A stretch of DNA of 64,000 nucleotides from an uncultured Nostocoides sp. (GCA_937873315.1 CALMQX010000036.1:89457-153456), one strand, 5' to 3'; numbered from the stretch's first letter, positions 1 through 9,506 are shown. A program made the numbers and translations. Notes: generated by a model from the letters alone, not told the origin.

Positions 1-142
1 CCTGGCTGATGAGCACGACGAAGACAAGGTCATAGAGGAGTTCGAGAAAGCTGACCGTGCGCTCGTGGTCGACTTCGCCGTGAAGGCGGGGCGGTCGCCG
101 GAACCAATGGTTAAGGGCCGCCCTTACCGGGGACGTACTCAC
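1..142 (-). CDS. LtrA-like (low temperature requirement A) membrane protein, N-terminal end only; gene continues off the left edge
   Basis: Reverse strand from GTG at 142 (GGAGGG 7 nt upstream) reads VSTSPVRAALNHWFRRPPRLHGEVDHERTVSFLELLYDLVFVVLISQ. The LLYDLVFV box is the LtrA N-terminal signature and parallels LELLFDLCFVV of the second LtrA at 16340. It is not in the ORF track because it is open at the window edge. Confidence 0.5.
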   Translation of the reverse strand, partial: MSTSPVRAALNHWFRRPPRLHGEVDHERTVSFLELLYDLVFVVLISQ

Positions 143-253
143 GGTTTCCCTCCGCGTGGGTCGGACAGCATCACCCGAGTATGCCGTTCCGGTGGCGAAA
201 TACCGAGACGGCCCCTACCTGTGAAAGGTAGAGGCCGGCTCGGTGTTGGTGGA

Positions 254-1696
254 TCAGCTGATCCGGTGCTTACCCGCAGCTTCCGGGCGACGACGGCGGC
301 CGAGCATCAGCACGCCTCCGATGCCGACCAAGCCCAGGCCCGTACCGGCCAGCAGGCCGAGTTCGAGACCGGTGTGGGCGAGCCATCCACCCACCTCTGC
401 CTGGCTGTCATTGTCGGTGTCGGTGCCGTCCGTGTCCGTGCCGGGAGGCGGCGGCGGACCCAGCGGGTTGGTCTCGGGCACGTCATCCTTGTGGGGGCTG
501 ACGTAGGCCACATTGTGCTGCTGCCCAGCAGCAACGACCTTGGCGACCACCGTGATGACCGGGCCGTCGGCGCCGGCGGCCAGGATGTCCGCGGCGGTGC
601 AGGTAACGCCCTCACAGGTGTACCCGTCGCCCGTCATCGAGACCAACTCCAACCCATCAGGCAGAACCTCGGTCACCGACCACCCAGCCAGCGCATTGGC
701 CGGACCCTCGTTGTGCGGGGTGAGGGTGAAGGTGACATTGTCGCCAACCTGAACCCGAGGCGAGGACACGAGCTTCTTGTCCAGGATCAGGTTGAAGAGC
801 ACCAGGCCAGCGTCGATGGTCGGGTCGTCGGGCTCCGTCGCCGAGTTGTTACCCGTCGCCGGTGCCGTGAAGGTGACCTTGCCCGTGCCGAAATCGGCAT
901 CCGAGTCGGTGCCATCGGCTCCGATGTTCTGACCGGTGAAGTTCGTCCCGTCCGGCTTGACGAACTCGATGGTGTACTCCGCACCGGCCAGCAGATCGGT
1001 GAAGGAGTAGAACCCGTTGGCGTCCGTCGTCGTGGTCTTCACCAGGTTGCCGGCCGCGTCGTACAGGTTGACCGTGACACCCTCAACAGGGGCCTCACCC
1101 TCATCCTGCTGACCATCCCGGTCGACATCCATCCACACGTAGTCACCGACCGAGACCAGCTCGATCAGACCAGCATCGATGGTCGGGTCGTCCGGCTGAG
1201 TCGCCGAGTTGCTTCCGGTTGCCGGAGCGGTGATCGCCACCTTGCCGTCCGCCGGGTTGGCGTCCGAGTCGGTCGCGTCATTGCCCGCGTTCTGACCGGT
1301 GAACACGGTGCCATCGGGCTTGACGAACTCGATGGTGTAGTCCGCACCGGCCAGCAGGTCGGTGAAGGAGTAGAACCCGTTGGCGTCGGTGGTCGTGGTC
1401 TTCACCAGGTTGCCCTCGGCGTCGTACAGGTTGACCGTGACACCCTCAACGGGGGCCTCGCCCTCATCCTGCTGACCGTCCCGGTCGACATCCATCCACA
1501 CGTAGTCACCGACCGAGACCAGCTCTATCGGCAGCGGGACGGGGGCTGCGGGCGCATGCCTGGTCCGGGATGCCCTGGCGCCCGAGTGCGCCATCATCGG
1601 CGTGCAATCCCGACAGGCGCCCGCGGCATACCGGGCGTGGTCGTCCGGCGAGCCCGCGACCGCGCCTTGCGAGACCCGGTCCAGTGGTCTGGCCAC
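254..1696 (-). CDS. LAHTG-sorted cell-wall surface protein with two SdrD-B/Cna-B-type repeats and a DUF11-like domain; apparently 5'-truncated (no signal peptide)
   Basis: 480-aa ORF with two 121-aa repeats (ELVSVGDYVWMDVDRDGQQDEGE...TDANGFYSFTDL). It also has a DUF11-like segment (TLTPHNEGPANALAGW) and a P/T/D-rich linker. The C-terminus carries LAHTG plus a hydrophobic helix plus RRRR, a sortase signal. The first ~55 codons are antisense to the dehydratase remnant and lack any hydrophobic signal sequence. Confidence 0.7.
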   Translation of the reverse strand: MARPLDRVSQGAVAGSPDDHARYAAGACRDCTPMMAHSGARASRTRHAPAAPVPLPIELVSVGDYVWMDVDRDGQQDEGEAPVEGVTVNLYDAEGNLVKTTTTDANGFYSFTDLLAGADYTIEFVKPDGTVFTGQNAGNDATDSDANPADGKVAITAPATGSNSATQPDDPTIDAGLIELVSVGDYVWMDVDRDGQQDEGEAPVEGVTVNLYDAAGNLVKTTTTDANGFYSFTDLLAGAEYTIEFVKPDGTNFTGQNIGADGTDSDADFGTGKVTFTAPATGNNSATEPDDPTIDAGLVLFNLILDKKLVSSPRVQVGDNVTFTLTPHNEGPANALAGWSVTEVLPDGLELVSMTGDGYTCEGVTCTAADILAAGADGPVITVVAKVVAAGQQHNVAYVSPHKDDVPETNPLGPPPPPGTDTDGTDTDNDSQAEVGGWLAHTGLELGLLAGTGLGLVGIGGVLMLGRRRRPEAAGKHRIS

Positions 1697-1952
1697 GGCC
1701 GCATCATTTGCGATGACTCAGCGCATCTTGGGCGCGCGGCTCGACGACTTCCTACTCGTGGATGACGATGACATCGACCGGGCTCGCCGCCTGCTCGCCA
1801 CGCACGCGCACACCCTGGCCGAGGGTGCCGGGGCGGCGGCGTTGGCCGGTGCGCTTGCGCGGCGGGACGCGCGCGCCGAAGCGCGCGGACCCATCGGGGT
1901 CATCGTCAGCGGTGGGAATGCCGATGATCGCGAACTCGCCAGTCTTGCCTAG
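1557..1952 (+). pseudogene. threonine/serine dehydratase (PLP fold-type II) C-terminal remnant
   Basis: In-frame translation LVRDALAPECAIIGVQSRQAPAAYRAWSSGEP...DDFLLVDDDDIDRARRLLATHAHTLAEGAGAAALAGAL...IGVIVSGGNAD matches only the last ~130 aa of threonine/serine ammonia-lyases. The PLP-lysine N-terminal half has no room because the opposite-strand adhesin gene occupies it. Confidence 0.55.
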
Positions 1953-1975
1953 CCGCTCTCAGCCAGGATGTCCGT

Positions 1976-3040
1976 ATGCGCGCCGTCGTGATCGATGCAG
2001 CCCGATCCCAGCCACAAGTCCGGGAGATGCCGGACCCGTCCGCACCGGCGGGTGGGGTCGTGGTGCGCGTCGAGGCGACCGGGATATGCCGCAGCGATTG
2101 GCACGGCTGGGCGGGGCATGACGATGACATCGCGTTCCCGCACGTGCCGGGGCATGAATTGGCCGGCGAGGTGGTCGAGGTGGGGGCCGGCGTCACCCGG
2201 TGGCGGGTCGGGGATCGGGTCACCGTGCCCTTTGTGTGTGGGTGCGGCCATTGCGAGTGGTGTCTGGCTGGCGACGCCCAGGTCTGTCCCGAGCAGCAGC
2301 AACCGGGGTTCACCCACTGGGGGTCATTTGCCGAATACGTCGCGCTGTATGCCGCAGATGCCAACCTGGTTGCCTTACCGGATGACGTGGGCTTTGCGAC
2401 GGCGGCGAGCCTGGGATGCCGGTTCGCCACGGCATACCGGGCACTTGTGGGGCGCGCGGCCGTGCGTGAAGGCGAGTGGGTCACGGTTATCGGGGCTGGC
2501 GGTGTCGGGTTGAGTTCGGTGATGATCGCCGCGGCCCTGGGTGCGCAGGTGATCGCGGTCGACCGCAACCCCGAAGCGCTCACGGCCGCGGCCGAACTCG
2601 GGGCGCGGCATACGTTGGTGGCCGATGGGATTGATGTGCCGGCGGCCGTGCATGATCTGGTGCCTGGTGGCAGTCATATTGCTATCGATGCCGTGGGCAG
2701 CGAATCAACTTGTGCGAGGGCGATTCTCAGCCTCCGCCGCCGTGGTCGGCTCGCCCAGATCGGGCTACTCCCGCCAGTGATGGGGCATCCCCGATTGCCG
2801 ATGTCGCGAGTGATTGGCTGGGAGCTGGATCTGCTGGGCAGCCACGGCATGGCGGCATCCGACTACCCGGCGATGATGGCGCTCATCGAGAGTGGCGCCC
2901 TGCAACCTCAGCGCCTGGTGGCCGGTGTGATCTCACTTGCCGAGGCCGCCGCGCGGCTAGCCACGTTCGACCAGGCCACGGTCACGGGAATCACGATCAT
3001 CGATCCACACCTCGGAACCGAGCCATCTGGCCGTCGCTGA
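1976..3040 (+). CDS. zinc-dependent alcohol dehydrogenase (MDR superfamily)
   Basis: 354 aa. Motifs seen: GICRSDWH, PGHELAGEVVEVG, structural-Zn cluster CGCGHCEWCLAGDAQVC, and Rossmann GAGGVG. Confidence 0.9.
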   Translation: MRAVVIDAARSQPQVREMPDPSAPAGGVVVRVEATGICRSDWHGWAGHDDDIAFPHVPGHELAGEVVEVGAGVTRWRVGDRVTVPFVCGCGHCEWCLAGDAQVCPEQQQPGFTHWGSFAEYVALYAADANLVALPDDVGFATAASLGCRFATAYRALVGRAAVREGEWVTVIGAGGVGLSSVMIAAALGAQVIAVDRNPEALTAAAELGARHTLVADGIDVPAAVHDLVPGGSHIAIDAVGSESTCARAILSLRRRGRLAQIGLLPPVMGHPRLPMSRVIGWELDLLGSHGMAASDYPAMMALIESGALQPQRLVAGVISLAEAAARLATFDQATVTGITIIDPHLGTEPSGRR

Positions 3041-3282
3041 CCGTCCTACCGAAGCCTGCATGACCTGACGATCAGCTGCTCAACACGTTAACGACGATGG
3101 CAATGACCGCGCTGAGCCCCGAGGACGACGAGCGCAACCTCGACCAGCCGGGTGCCCGCGACTGCCAGCGTCCGGCCCAGGCTGGGCGGGACGATGGCTG
3201 TGGCGGCGGTTTGCGCTGAAGGCAGGCACGGCATTCTCACGCCTCGGCTTCTCGGGCCCGCGTCGGCCGAGGCTAGCACCGC

Positions 3283-3951
3283 TCAGCGCGCGTGGGTTCG
3301 CCGCTCAAGGCCGTCGAGGATGAGATCGAGGACAAAGCCAAAGCCGTCCAGCTCGTCTCCGGCTGCCCCATCGTGCTCGAGGTGATACCGCAGATGCTGG
3401 GCCATCCGAGGGAAGGTGTCCTCGGGGAACTCCGCCGACGCCCTGCCAGCCAGCTCTTGCGCGCGTGCCTCTTGCGCGGCATACGCAAGCTCCTGCGAGG
3501 TGAAGCCACCGATGTGCAGGGTGATCGCGTGGTAGCCCACGTCGCGCAGATCGGGCTCGACACCACCGAGGGCCAACAATTCGAGCATCATCTCCATCAC
3601 GGCCTTGCGGGCGGGTCCGGGGAAGTAGGCCAACCAGATCGGCCCGGCCCAGCGATGGCGCAAGAGCAGGGCGTGCTGGTCGACCGCTAGTGCGCGCAGC
3701 TCGGCCTTCCAGCCAGCCGCGCTCGGCTCGGGCAGCCGAATCTCGGCTGCCACGAGCTCCAGCATGCCCTCGAGCAGGTCGTGCTTGCTCGAGATGTGGT
3801 TGTAGAGCGACATCACCTCAAAGCCCACGGCGGTGGCCAGTTTGCGCATGCTCAGACCGTCGAGTCCCTGCCCGTCAGCGACCTCGACGGCCGCTGCAAG
3901 GATGCGCTCGCGGGTTAGTCGGGGCCGGATCGCCTGATCGCCGGTTGCCAT
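3283..3951 (-). CDS. TetR family transcriptional regulator (TetR_C tetracycline-repressor-like C-terminal domain)
   Basis: 222 aa. N-terminal HTH RERILAAAVEVADGQGLDGLSMRKLATAVGFEVMSLYNHISSKHDLL. Divergent from the sulfurtransferase with only a 28-bp gap. Confidence 0.85.
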   Translation of the reverse strand: MATGDQAIRPRLTRERILAAAVEVADGQGLDGLSMRKLATAVGFEVMSLYNHISSKHDLLEGMLELVAAEIRLPEPSAAGWKAELRALAVDQHALLLRHRWAGPIWLAYFPGPARKAVMEMMLELLALGGVEPDLRDVGYHAITLHIGGFTSQELAYAAQEARAQELAGRASAEFPEDTFPRMAQHLRYHLEHDGAAGDELDGFGFVLDLILDGLERRTHAR

Positions 3952-3953
3952 AC

Positions 3954-4001
3954 ATACACCGTACGTCTATTCTCGCCACATGATTCCACGTACACCGTAC
4001 G
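3954..4001. promoter_or_regulatory. candidate TetR operator: 11-bp box TACACCGTACG present twice
   Basis: TACACCGTACG occurs at 3955-3965 and 3991-4001. The second copy is part of the palindrome CGTAC-acc-GTACG. The boxes bracket both divergent start codons (3951 and 3980). Confidence 0.3.
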
Positions 4002-4846
4002 CAGACCCCTTGGTGTCGCCTGCCTCCCTGGCCAGAGCACTCGATGCCGAGGACCTGGTGGTCCTCGACGCCCGTGTCCTGCTCACTCGCAGCGGGCCTC
4101 TCGGGGATCGCGAGGCGTATGCCGCCGGCCACCTCCCAGGTGCGATCTACGCAGATGTGCCGGGACACCTCTGCGATCCGGATGTGCCGATGGCATTCGC
4201 GATGCCGACCGCTCAGCGATTCGCTGAGGCCCTCGGCGTGCTTGGTGTCGGCGATTCATCCGACGTCGTGATCTACGACGACGCCTTCGAGACACCGTCG
4301 GGCCCAATTGCCGGACTCTTCGCCGCACGCGTCTGGTGGATGCTGCGATGGATCGGCTTCGACCGTGCCCGGGTGCTCGACGGCGGGTATGCCGCCTGGA
4401 TGCGGGCAGGCCTGCCGGTTTCCACGCAGACCGAGCGCCCGCTCCGGCGTACGGTAACCCCGGACCTACGAGCTGACCTGATCGCCGACCGCGACGAGGT
4501 ATTGGCCGCGCTCGGGGATCCGAGGGTCACCTTGGTCGACGTCCTCGACGCCGACCATTTCGCCGGTCGTCACGCGATGTATCCCCGCCCGGGGCACATT
4601 CCCGGAGCTGTCAACCGCCCCTTCTCGGAGCTCTTCGACGACGCCGGCTGCTTCCGCGCACTCACTCCTGAAGCAGTCATCGAACAGGCCGGCAAGGGCG
4701 GTCGAACGATTGCCTACTGCGGAGGTGGCATCGCGGCCTCGGCCTACGCGCTGGCCATGACCAGGGCAGGCGTCGACAACCTGGCCGTCTATGCCGCCTC
4801 CCTGCAGGAGTGGGCTGCGGACCCTACGTTGCCGATGGAGCTCTAG
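3980..4846 (+). CDS. thiosulfate/3-mercaptopyruvate sulfurtransferase (double rhodanese)
   Basis: 288 aa with two rhodanese-like halves. Active-site loop YCGGGIAAS lies in the C-terminal half. Confidence 0.85.
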   Translation: MIPRTPYADPLVSPASLARALDAEDLVVLDARVLLTRSGPLGDREAYAAGHLPGAIYADVPGHLCDPDVPMAFAMPTAQRFAEALGVLGVGDSSDVVIYDDAFETPSGPIAGLFAARVWWMLRWIGFDRARVLDGGYAAWMRAGLPVSTQTERPLRRTVTPDLRADLIADRDEVLAALGDPRVTLVDVLDADHFAGRHAMYPRPGHIPGAVNRPFSELFDDAGCFRALTPEAVIEQAGKGGRTIAYCGGGIAASAYALAMTRAGVDNLAVYAASLQEWAADPTLPMEL

Positions 4847-4906
4847 CGCACGTCCTGCAGGGAGGTCAGGTCGTCAGGGTATGCCGCCGGAGGGCACCGG
4901 TTGGCT

Positions 4907-5848
4907 TCAGGGGATCAGTGCGAGTTTGCCCTTGGCTTGGCCGCCCTTGAGGTAGGCGTGCGCCGCCGCGGCCTCGCCCAGCGGGAAGGTCCGGTCGACC
5001 TTGACTGTGAGCTTGCCCTGACCGGCCAGTTCGACGAGCTCGGCGCGCGAGCGTGCCCGCAGTTCGGCGGTCGGGCCGCCTCCGGTGAGCACCTGAATGC
5101 CGAGCGCGGGGGCCTTGGCGAAGTTCGCGATCGTGGCGATTCGAGAGCGGTCAGCAACGAGCTCTGCCGAGGTGTCGATGGCCTCGTCGGTGCCCACGGT
5201 GTCGAGCGCGACATCGATTCCGCCCGGTGCGAGCGCGCGGACCCGATCCGTGAGTCCGGGGCCGTAGACCACGGGCTCCGCGCCCATGGCCCGAAGCTCC
5301 TCCTGGCGTTGCGCGCTGGCAGTCCCGATGACCCGAGCCCCGCGAGCGGTCGCGAGCTGGACGACCATCGATCCGACCGAGCCGGACGCGCCGTGGACGA
5401 GCACCGTGTCCCCCGCGCCGACCCGGGTGGAGGCGAGCAGATCGACCGCGGTGGCTCCCGTGAGGAGGAGACCGCTGGCCTCTTCAAAGGAGATCGACTC
5501 GGGCTTGGCGAAGACGTCGGCTCGGTCCGCGACGACGTAGGCGGCATACCCGCCAGTGACGGCATAGGAGAGGACCGGATCACCGACCGCGAGCGCATCG
5601 CCATCGGTCTGGTCCGGGCCGATCTCGGCAATGACGCCGCTCACCTCGAGGCCCAGGCGCATCGGCAGGCCATCCGGATCGGTGCCAAAGGCGCCGCTGT
5701 ACAGCTTGTAGTCGAGCGGGTTGATCCCGGCTGCGCGCACCTCGATGAGCACCTGCCCGGCGCCGGGCGCAGGTCGGTCAGTATCGATCAGAGTCAGGAC
5801 GTTGGGTTCGCCATAGGCGGTTGCTACCACTGCGGGGTTGGTTGTCAT
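4907..5848 (-). CDS. NADPH:quinone oxidoreductase (zeta-crystallin-type MDR)
   Basis: Homology starts at MTTNPAVVATAYGEPNVLTLIDTDRPAPGAGQVLIEVRAAGINPLD (ATG at 5848). Also GASGSVGS Rossmann. The longer ORF-track start at 6055 overlaps the MFS gene 3' end. Confidence 0.85.
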   Translation of the reverse strand: MTTNPAVVATAYGEPNVLTLIDTDRPAPGAGQVLIEVRAAGINPLDYKLYSGAFGTDPDGLPMRLGLEVSGVIAEIGPDQTDGDALAVGDPVLSYAVTGGYAAYVVADRADVFAKPESISFEEASGLLLTGATAVDLLASTRVGAGDTVLVHGASGSVGSMVVQLATARGARVIGTASAQRQEELRAMGAEPVVYGPGLTDRVRALAPGGIDVALDTVGTDEAIDTSAELVADRSRIATIANFAKAPALGIQVLTGGGPTAELRARSRAELVELAGQGKLTVKVDRTFPLGEAAAAHAYLKGGQAKGKLALIP

Positions 5849-5910
5849 GCGCGATCCAACCAGGGCTCCCTGGGCGCTATTCCAACGCCAACGATCCCGA
5901 CTGAATCGGC

Positions 5911-7305
5911 TCACTCCATGGACACAGAGCGCCTCGGGGATCGCCGCGAACTGACCGCGAGCCCCAAAACAAGCACCGCACCGATGCCCATGGCTGCGCC
6001 GAATCCACTGGCGGCGGCAGCCGCTGGCGGGCTCCCAATGGCATCGGAAATCCACGCGAAGACACCCACCATGACGGACGCGCCGGTGACCGAGCCCACG
6101 TTGCGAGCCAGGGTGACCAAGCCAGCCGCGACGCCTTGCTCGGCTGCGGAGGTGGCGGTCATGACCGCGGTGGCATTGCCGGCCATGAAGAGCTGATTGC
6201 CGGGCGCGAGGATGAGCCCGCCGAGCACGACGCCCGCGACCCCGAGCGGCCCAGGCAGCACGACGAGAGCAATCGCTCCCGCGGCGATCGCGACCATGCC
6301 CACCCGGGCGGCCCAGTCGGCACCGTGCCGGTCAACCAGCCGCCCGGCGGGCCAACCGGTTGCCATCGCTGCCAACGGACTCACCGCGAGGACCAGGCCC
6401 ATGGCCCACGGGTCCAAGCCGAAGCCAATGGCAAGCAGCACCGGCGCCAGGACGGCATACGCGATCATCACCATCGCCGTGACAAAGGCCGAGCTGAGCT
6501 GAGGGAGGATCCCGAGGCGGCGCAAGTGCGCGAGCGCGACCAAGGGGTACGTCGCGCTGCGCTCGAGGCGCATAAAGATGGCCGCTCCGACAATGCTCAG
6601 CACGAGCAGCGCGATGGTCCCCGTAGGCCCACCCGAGTGCAGAGTCATGGCGATGGCGTAGGCCACCAGGGTCGCGGTGAGCATGCTGGTGCCGGGCAGA
6701 TCGAGGTGTAGTCGCAGGCTCCCCCCGGGAGCCGATCTCGGGCGCGTGGCTTCGTCAACGGGCAGCCCGACGATCGCCAGGCCCCACGCCACCGCGGGCA
6801 GGATGACCAGAAGGACGAAAGCCGCCCGCCACCCTCCGGCCCCCAGCAAGGTCCCGCCGACCGCCGGACCGAGGGCCATCCCCGACGCGGTCGCGACCCC
6901 CAGGAGGCCCATGGCTCGGCCGACGCGCGCGCCGGGCACGACGTCGCGCACGAGGGCCAGGGCCATCGCGGCGATGGCGGCGGCGGCCGCGCCTTGAATG
7001 CCGCGCGCGATCACCAGGACGGACAGGCTCGGCGCGGTCACTGCCACGATGGCCGCGAGGAGGTATGCCGCGAGTCCCCAGACGAGCAGCAGCCGTCGTC
7101 CGATGCGGTCGCCAAGCGGGCCCATGGGGAGGACGACCACGGTGCTGACGAGAAGGTAGGCCAGGGTCACCCACTGCGCGTACCCGAGGGAGGTGTCGAA
7201 GTCGGCGACGATCGCCGGCACGGAGACGGTCGCGATGCTGGACCCCAGGGCAGCGACCAGTGTTCCGGCGGTGAGGGCGGGGAGAGCGAGACGGGCCTGA
7301 GGCAT
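5911..7305 (-). CDS. MFS transporter (drug:H+ antiporter type)
   Basis: 464 aa, multi-TM. MFS motif GPLGDRIGRRLLL after TM2. Divergent from an XRE-cupin regulator. Confidence 0.85.
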   Translation of the reverse strand: MPQARLALPALTAGTLVAALGSSIATVSVPAIVADFDTSLGYAQWVTLAYLLVSTVVVLPMGPLGDRIGRRLLLVWGLAAYLLAAIVAVTAPSLSVLVIARGIQGAAAAAIAAMALALVRDVVPGARVGRAMGLLGVATASGMALGPAVGGTLLGAGGWRAAFVLLVILPAVAWGLAIVGLPVDEATRPRSAPGGSLRLHLDLPGTSMLTATLVAYAIAMTLHSGGPTGTIALLVLSIVGAAIFMRLERSATYPLVALAHLRRLGILPQLSSAFVTAMVMIAYAVLAPVLLAIGFGLDPWAMGLVLAVSPLAAMATGWPAGRLVDRHGADWAARVGMVAIAAGAIALVVLPGPLGVAGVVLGGLILAPGNQLFMAGNATAVMTATSAAEQGVAAGLVTLARNVGSVTGASVMVGVFAWISDAIGSPPAAAAASGFGAAMGIGAVLVLGLAVSSRRSPRRSVSME

Positions 7306-7367
7306 GCCCGGGATGCTCCTGGACCGCGCGGGCGCCCCGCAAATGAGATTGCTAAAACCGGGAACCC

Positions 7368-7958
7368 GTGGTCACATCGAGCATGGTGACGAACCACGAG
7401 AGCGATACCAGAGTGCTCGACGGGGTCGGCGCGCAGCTGCGCCGGGTACGCCAGGAGCGCGGGGCGACCCTGGCCGACGTGGCCGCGGCAACCGGCATAT
7501 CGGTCAGCACGATGTCGCGGCTGGAGAACGGTCAGCGTCGGCCGACCCTCGAGCTCTTGCTGGCCATCGCCCGCGCCCATCGCGTGCCGCTCGATGATCT
7601 CGTGGGGTTGCCCGATGACCTCGACCCCCGGATCCGCCTCGAGCCGCGTCGGGTCGGTGGCCGGACGGTCGTCCCGCTCAGTCGGGGCGGCATGACGCAG
7701 GCGTGGCAGATCGGCATACCGGCCAGGGCGGAGAAGCCCGACCTGCGCAGCCATGACGGCTCGGAGTGGTTGTACGTACTCAGTGGGGAGTTGCGGCTCA
7801 TCCTGGGCAGCCAGGATCTGGTCCTGCGGGCGGGCGAGGCGGCGGAGTTCGACACCCAGACACCGCACTGGTTCGGTGGCACCGGTCGGTCTCGAGCCCA
7901 GATCCTCAGCCTCTTCAACCGTGCCGGCACCCGCGTCCACGTTCAGGGCGAGTCATAG
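7368..7958 (+). CDS. XRE-family HTH regulator with C-terminal cupin domain
   Basis: LRRVRQERGATLADVAAATGISVSTMSRLENGQRRP, followed by a cupin-like tail (WLYVLSGELRLILG...AEFDTQTPHWF). Confidence 0.85.
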   Translation: MVTSSMVTNHESDTRVLDGVGAQLRRVRQERGATLADVAAATGISVSTMSRLENGQRRPTLELLLAIARAHRVPLDDLVGLPDDLDPRIRLEPRRVGGRTVVPLSRGGMTQAWQIGIPARAEKPDLRSHDGSEWLYVLSGELRLILGSQDLVLRAGEAAEFDTQTPHWFGGTGRSRAQILSLFNRAGTRVHVQGES

Positions 7959-8000
7959 CGGGGGGTGCGCCATAGGCGAGGTGGGCTCTAGGCTTCGCGC

Positions 8001-8630
8001 ATGGCCCGTGACCCCGAGTCGCGCGTGCCCACGGCGTGGGTGCCTGATGTCGCGACCTCGTATGCCGCAGCATTCGATGGCGGCTGGCGCGGCAACGACT
8101 ATCAGGCGCGCCTGGCTGGGAGTTTCGGCGCATACCCGTGGCAGCTCCAACTCGATGGCCCACTCGACACTGACTACGCGTGCACAACCCGACTGCACGC
8201 TCAAGCGCCGCCGGGACCGAGTTTTACGGTGACCTGGGGTGGCCGGGGCGGTACGGCGAGCGGTACCGAAGCCGACCTGATCCCGGTCGTCTTCTCACTG
8301 GCCCGATCACTCTTCGGTCGTCGCAAGGAAACGGCGGCGGGTGAACTTGGCCGTCAAGGGCCTGATACCGCCGGGGTTTACGCTGACCTGCGGGTCAATG
8401 ACGAGGCTGGGGTCATGGTGCCCGAACTGCTCGACGCCTGCCGTGCCTGGCCGGCGCCAACGCAGCAGCGCAGCAATCTGCACCGCGATGGCGTCGTCAT
8501 CCGCTACTCGGGGATGACGGCCTCCCTCGATGTCACGACCGAGAACCTCTGGGGAGATGCGGTCGTCCGGCATCAACTGGAGTTGGCTCGTCGGATTATT
8601 GAGCGGCTGAGTGGGATAGCCCCCGCCTGA
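8001..8630 (+). CDS. hypothetical protein
   Basis: 209-aa ORF with reasonable third-position GC and no overlapping better ORF. No motif recognised. Confidence 0.5.
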   Translation: MARDPESRVPTAWVPDVATSYAAAFDGGWRGNDYQARLAGSFGAYPWQLQLDGPLDTDYACTTRLHAQAPPGPSFTVTWGGRGGTASGTEADLIPVVFSLARSLFGRRKETAAGELGRQGPDTAGVYADLRVNDEAGVMVPELLDACRAWPAPTQQRSNLHRDGVVIRYSGMTASLDVTTENLWGDAVVRHQLELARRIIERLSGIAPA

Positions 8631-8690
8631 GGCACTTTCGGCACTCAGGGGTCGTGACAGCACTCACTTCCCCCAGCAGGGTCCAGGGGC

Positions 8691-9506
8691 ATGCAGAGAA
8701 TATCGGGGTGGAAATTCGTTGTAGTTACGCTGGCGATCTTCGTTCTCGGGGCGGGCCCAGCATTTGGGGCATCGACAGAGATCTTGAGACTCAAGTTCAG
8801 TGAGACGGTGGTCGGCGGCGCCTACGCGCAAGGACAAGTGATTTTCGATGGTGTCGCGCCCAATCAGGATGGCACCGTGCAACTGTTGGGGACGGCCCCG
8901 GGTTTCCTCACCCAAGTGACAAACCCGGTGTCGAGTTTTGGTCAGGCCCTGAAGTTCGGCACCACCAGTTGTACGGATGCTGGCTGCACGCAACTAGGCC
9001 ACGTCAGCATTCCCGATACGACAGGGATCTTCAGTCCTCACACCCAGAACTTCGAATGGGGCGCAAGTGTCAGGTTGAATGCATTGCCAACCGGCACCGG
9101 CATGAACGTGGTCCAAAAGGGACGATCTGGCAATCCGGACATGTGGAAACTGCAGTTGGACGGGGGGGTCGCCTCGTGCGTGATCAGAGTGGACGGAGGT
9201 GCCCTAGCCATCGCGAAGACCGACTCCGCGCTCCCGGTCGGCAGGACCTTCAAGTTGCGGTGCAAGCGGGTCAGCGGTGTGCTGACACTCACGGTGACAG
9301 AGCTAATCGAGGACGGCATGCCGCCCGTCGATCCGCCGCCCGCCCCAGTCGTCTACGGGGCGACTCCCACCAGTGGGAGTGCTGCCGGCGAACTCAATGA
9401 CTTCGGCCCTACCAATGCTGTCTTTGTCGGCGGCAAGGGCACCATCAAGCAGGCCGACCAATTGCGCGACACCGTCATCGACACCGTCACCTATTGGGCG
9501 GGATAG
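8691..9506 (+). CDS. secreted LamG/concanavalin-A-like domain protein
   Basis: Signal peptide MQRISGWKFVVVTLAIFVLGAGPAFGAS. Body resembles the LamG jelly-roll (NFEWGASVRLNALP...VVQKGRSG...WKLQL...KLRCKR). Codon usage is visibly AT-richer than neighbours. Confidence 0.6.
   Translation: MQRISGWKFVVVTLAIFVLGAGPAFGASTEILRLKFSETVVGGAYAQGQVIFDGVAPNQDGTVQLLGTAPGFLTQVTNPVSSFGQALKFGTTSCTDAGCTQLGHVSIPDTTGIFSPHTQNFEWGASVRLNALPTGTGMNVVQKGRSGNPDMWKLQLDGGVASCVIRVDGGALAIAKTDSALPVGRTFKLRCKRVSGVLTLTVTELIEDGMPPVDPPPAPVVYGATPTSGSAAGELNDFGPTNAVFVGGKGTIKQADQLRDTVIDTVTYWAG

Noticed and set aside
65-1765. 566-aa plus-strand ORF, the longest in the first 2 kb
   Set aside because: It is the antisense shadow of the adhesin gene. 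The product is Arg/Gly/Val-rich low-complexity sequence that mirrors the repeat structure and has no recognisable domain. The minus-strand frame carries clear SdrD-B, DUF11 and LAHTG features.
4907-6055. Longest-ORF start codons for several genes (4907-6055, 19023-20126, 14716-15666, 16247-17485, 23849-24685, 30539-32260, 38080-38808, 38872-40080, 56105-57703, 57453-58631, 58552-60033)
   Set aside because: The N-terminal extensions overlap neighbouring genes, lack homology and are Arg/Pro-rich. Internal starts coincide with the onset of family similarity, with Shine-Dalgarno sequences, or with ATGA/GTGA coupling to the upstream gene.
4901-6196. 431-aa plus-strand ORF
   Set aside because: It is the antisense shadow of the quinone oxidoreductase and the MFS 3' end. 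No motifs were found, and the composition is typical of off-frame high-GC ORFs.
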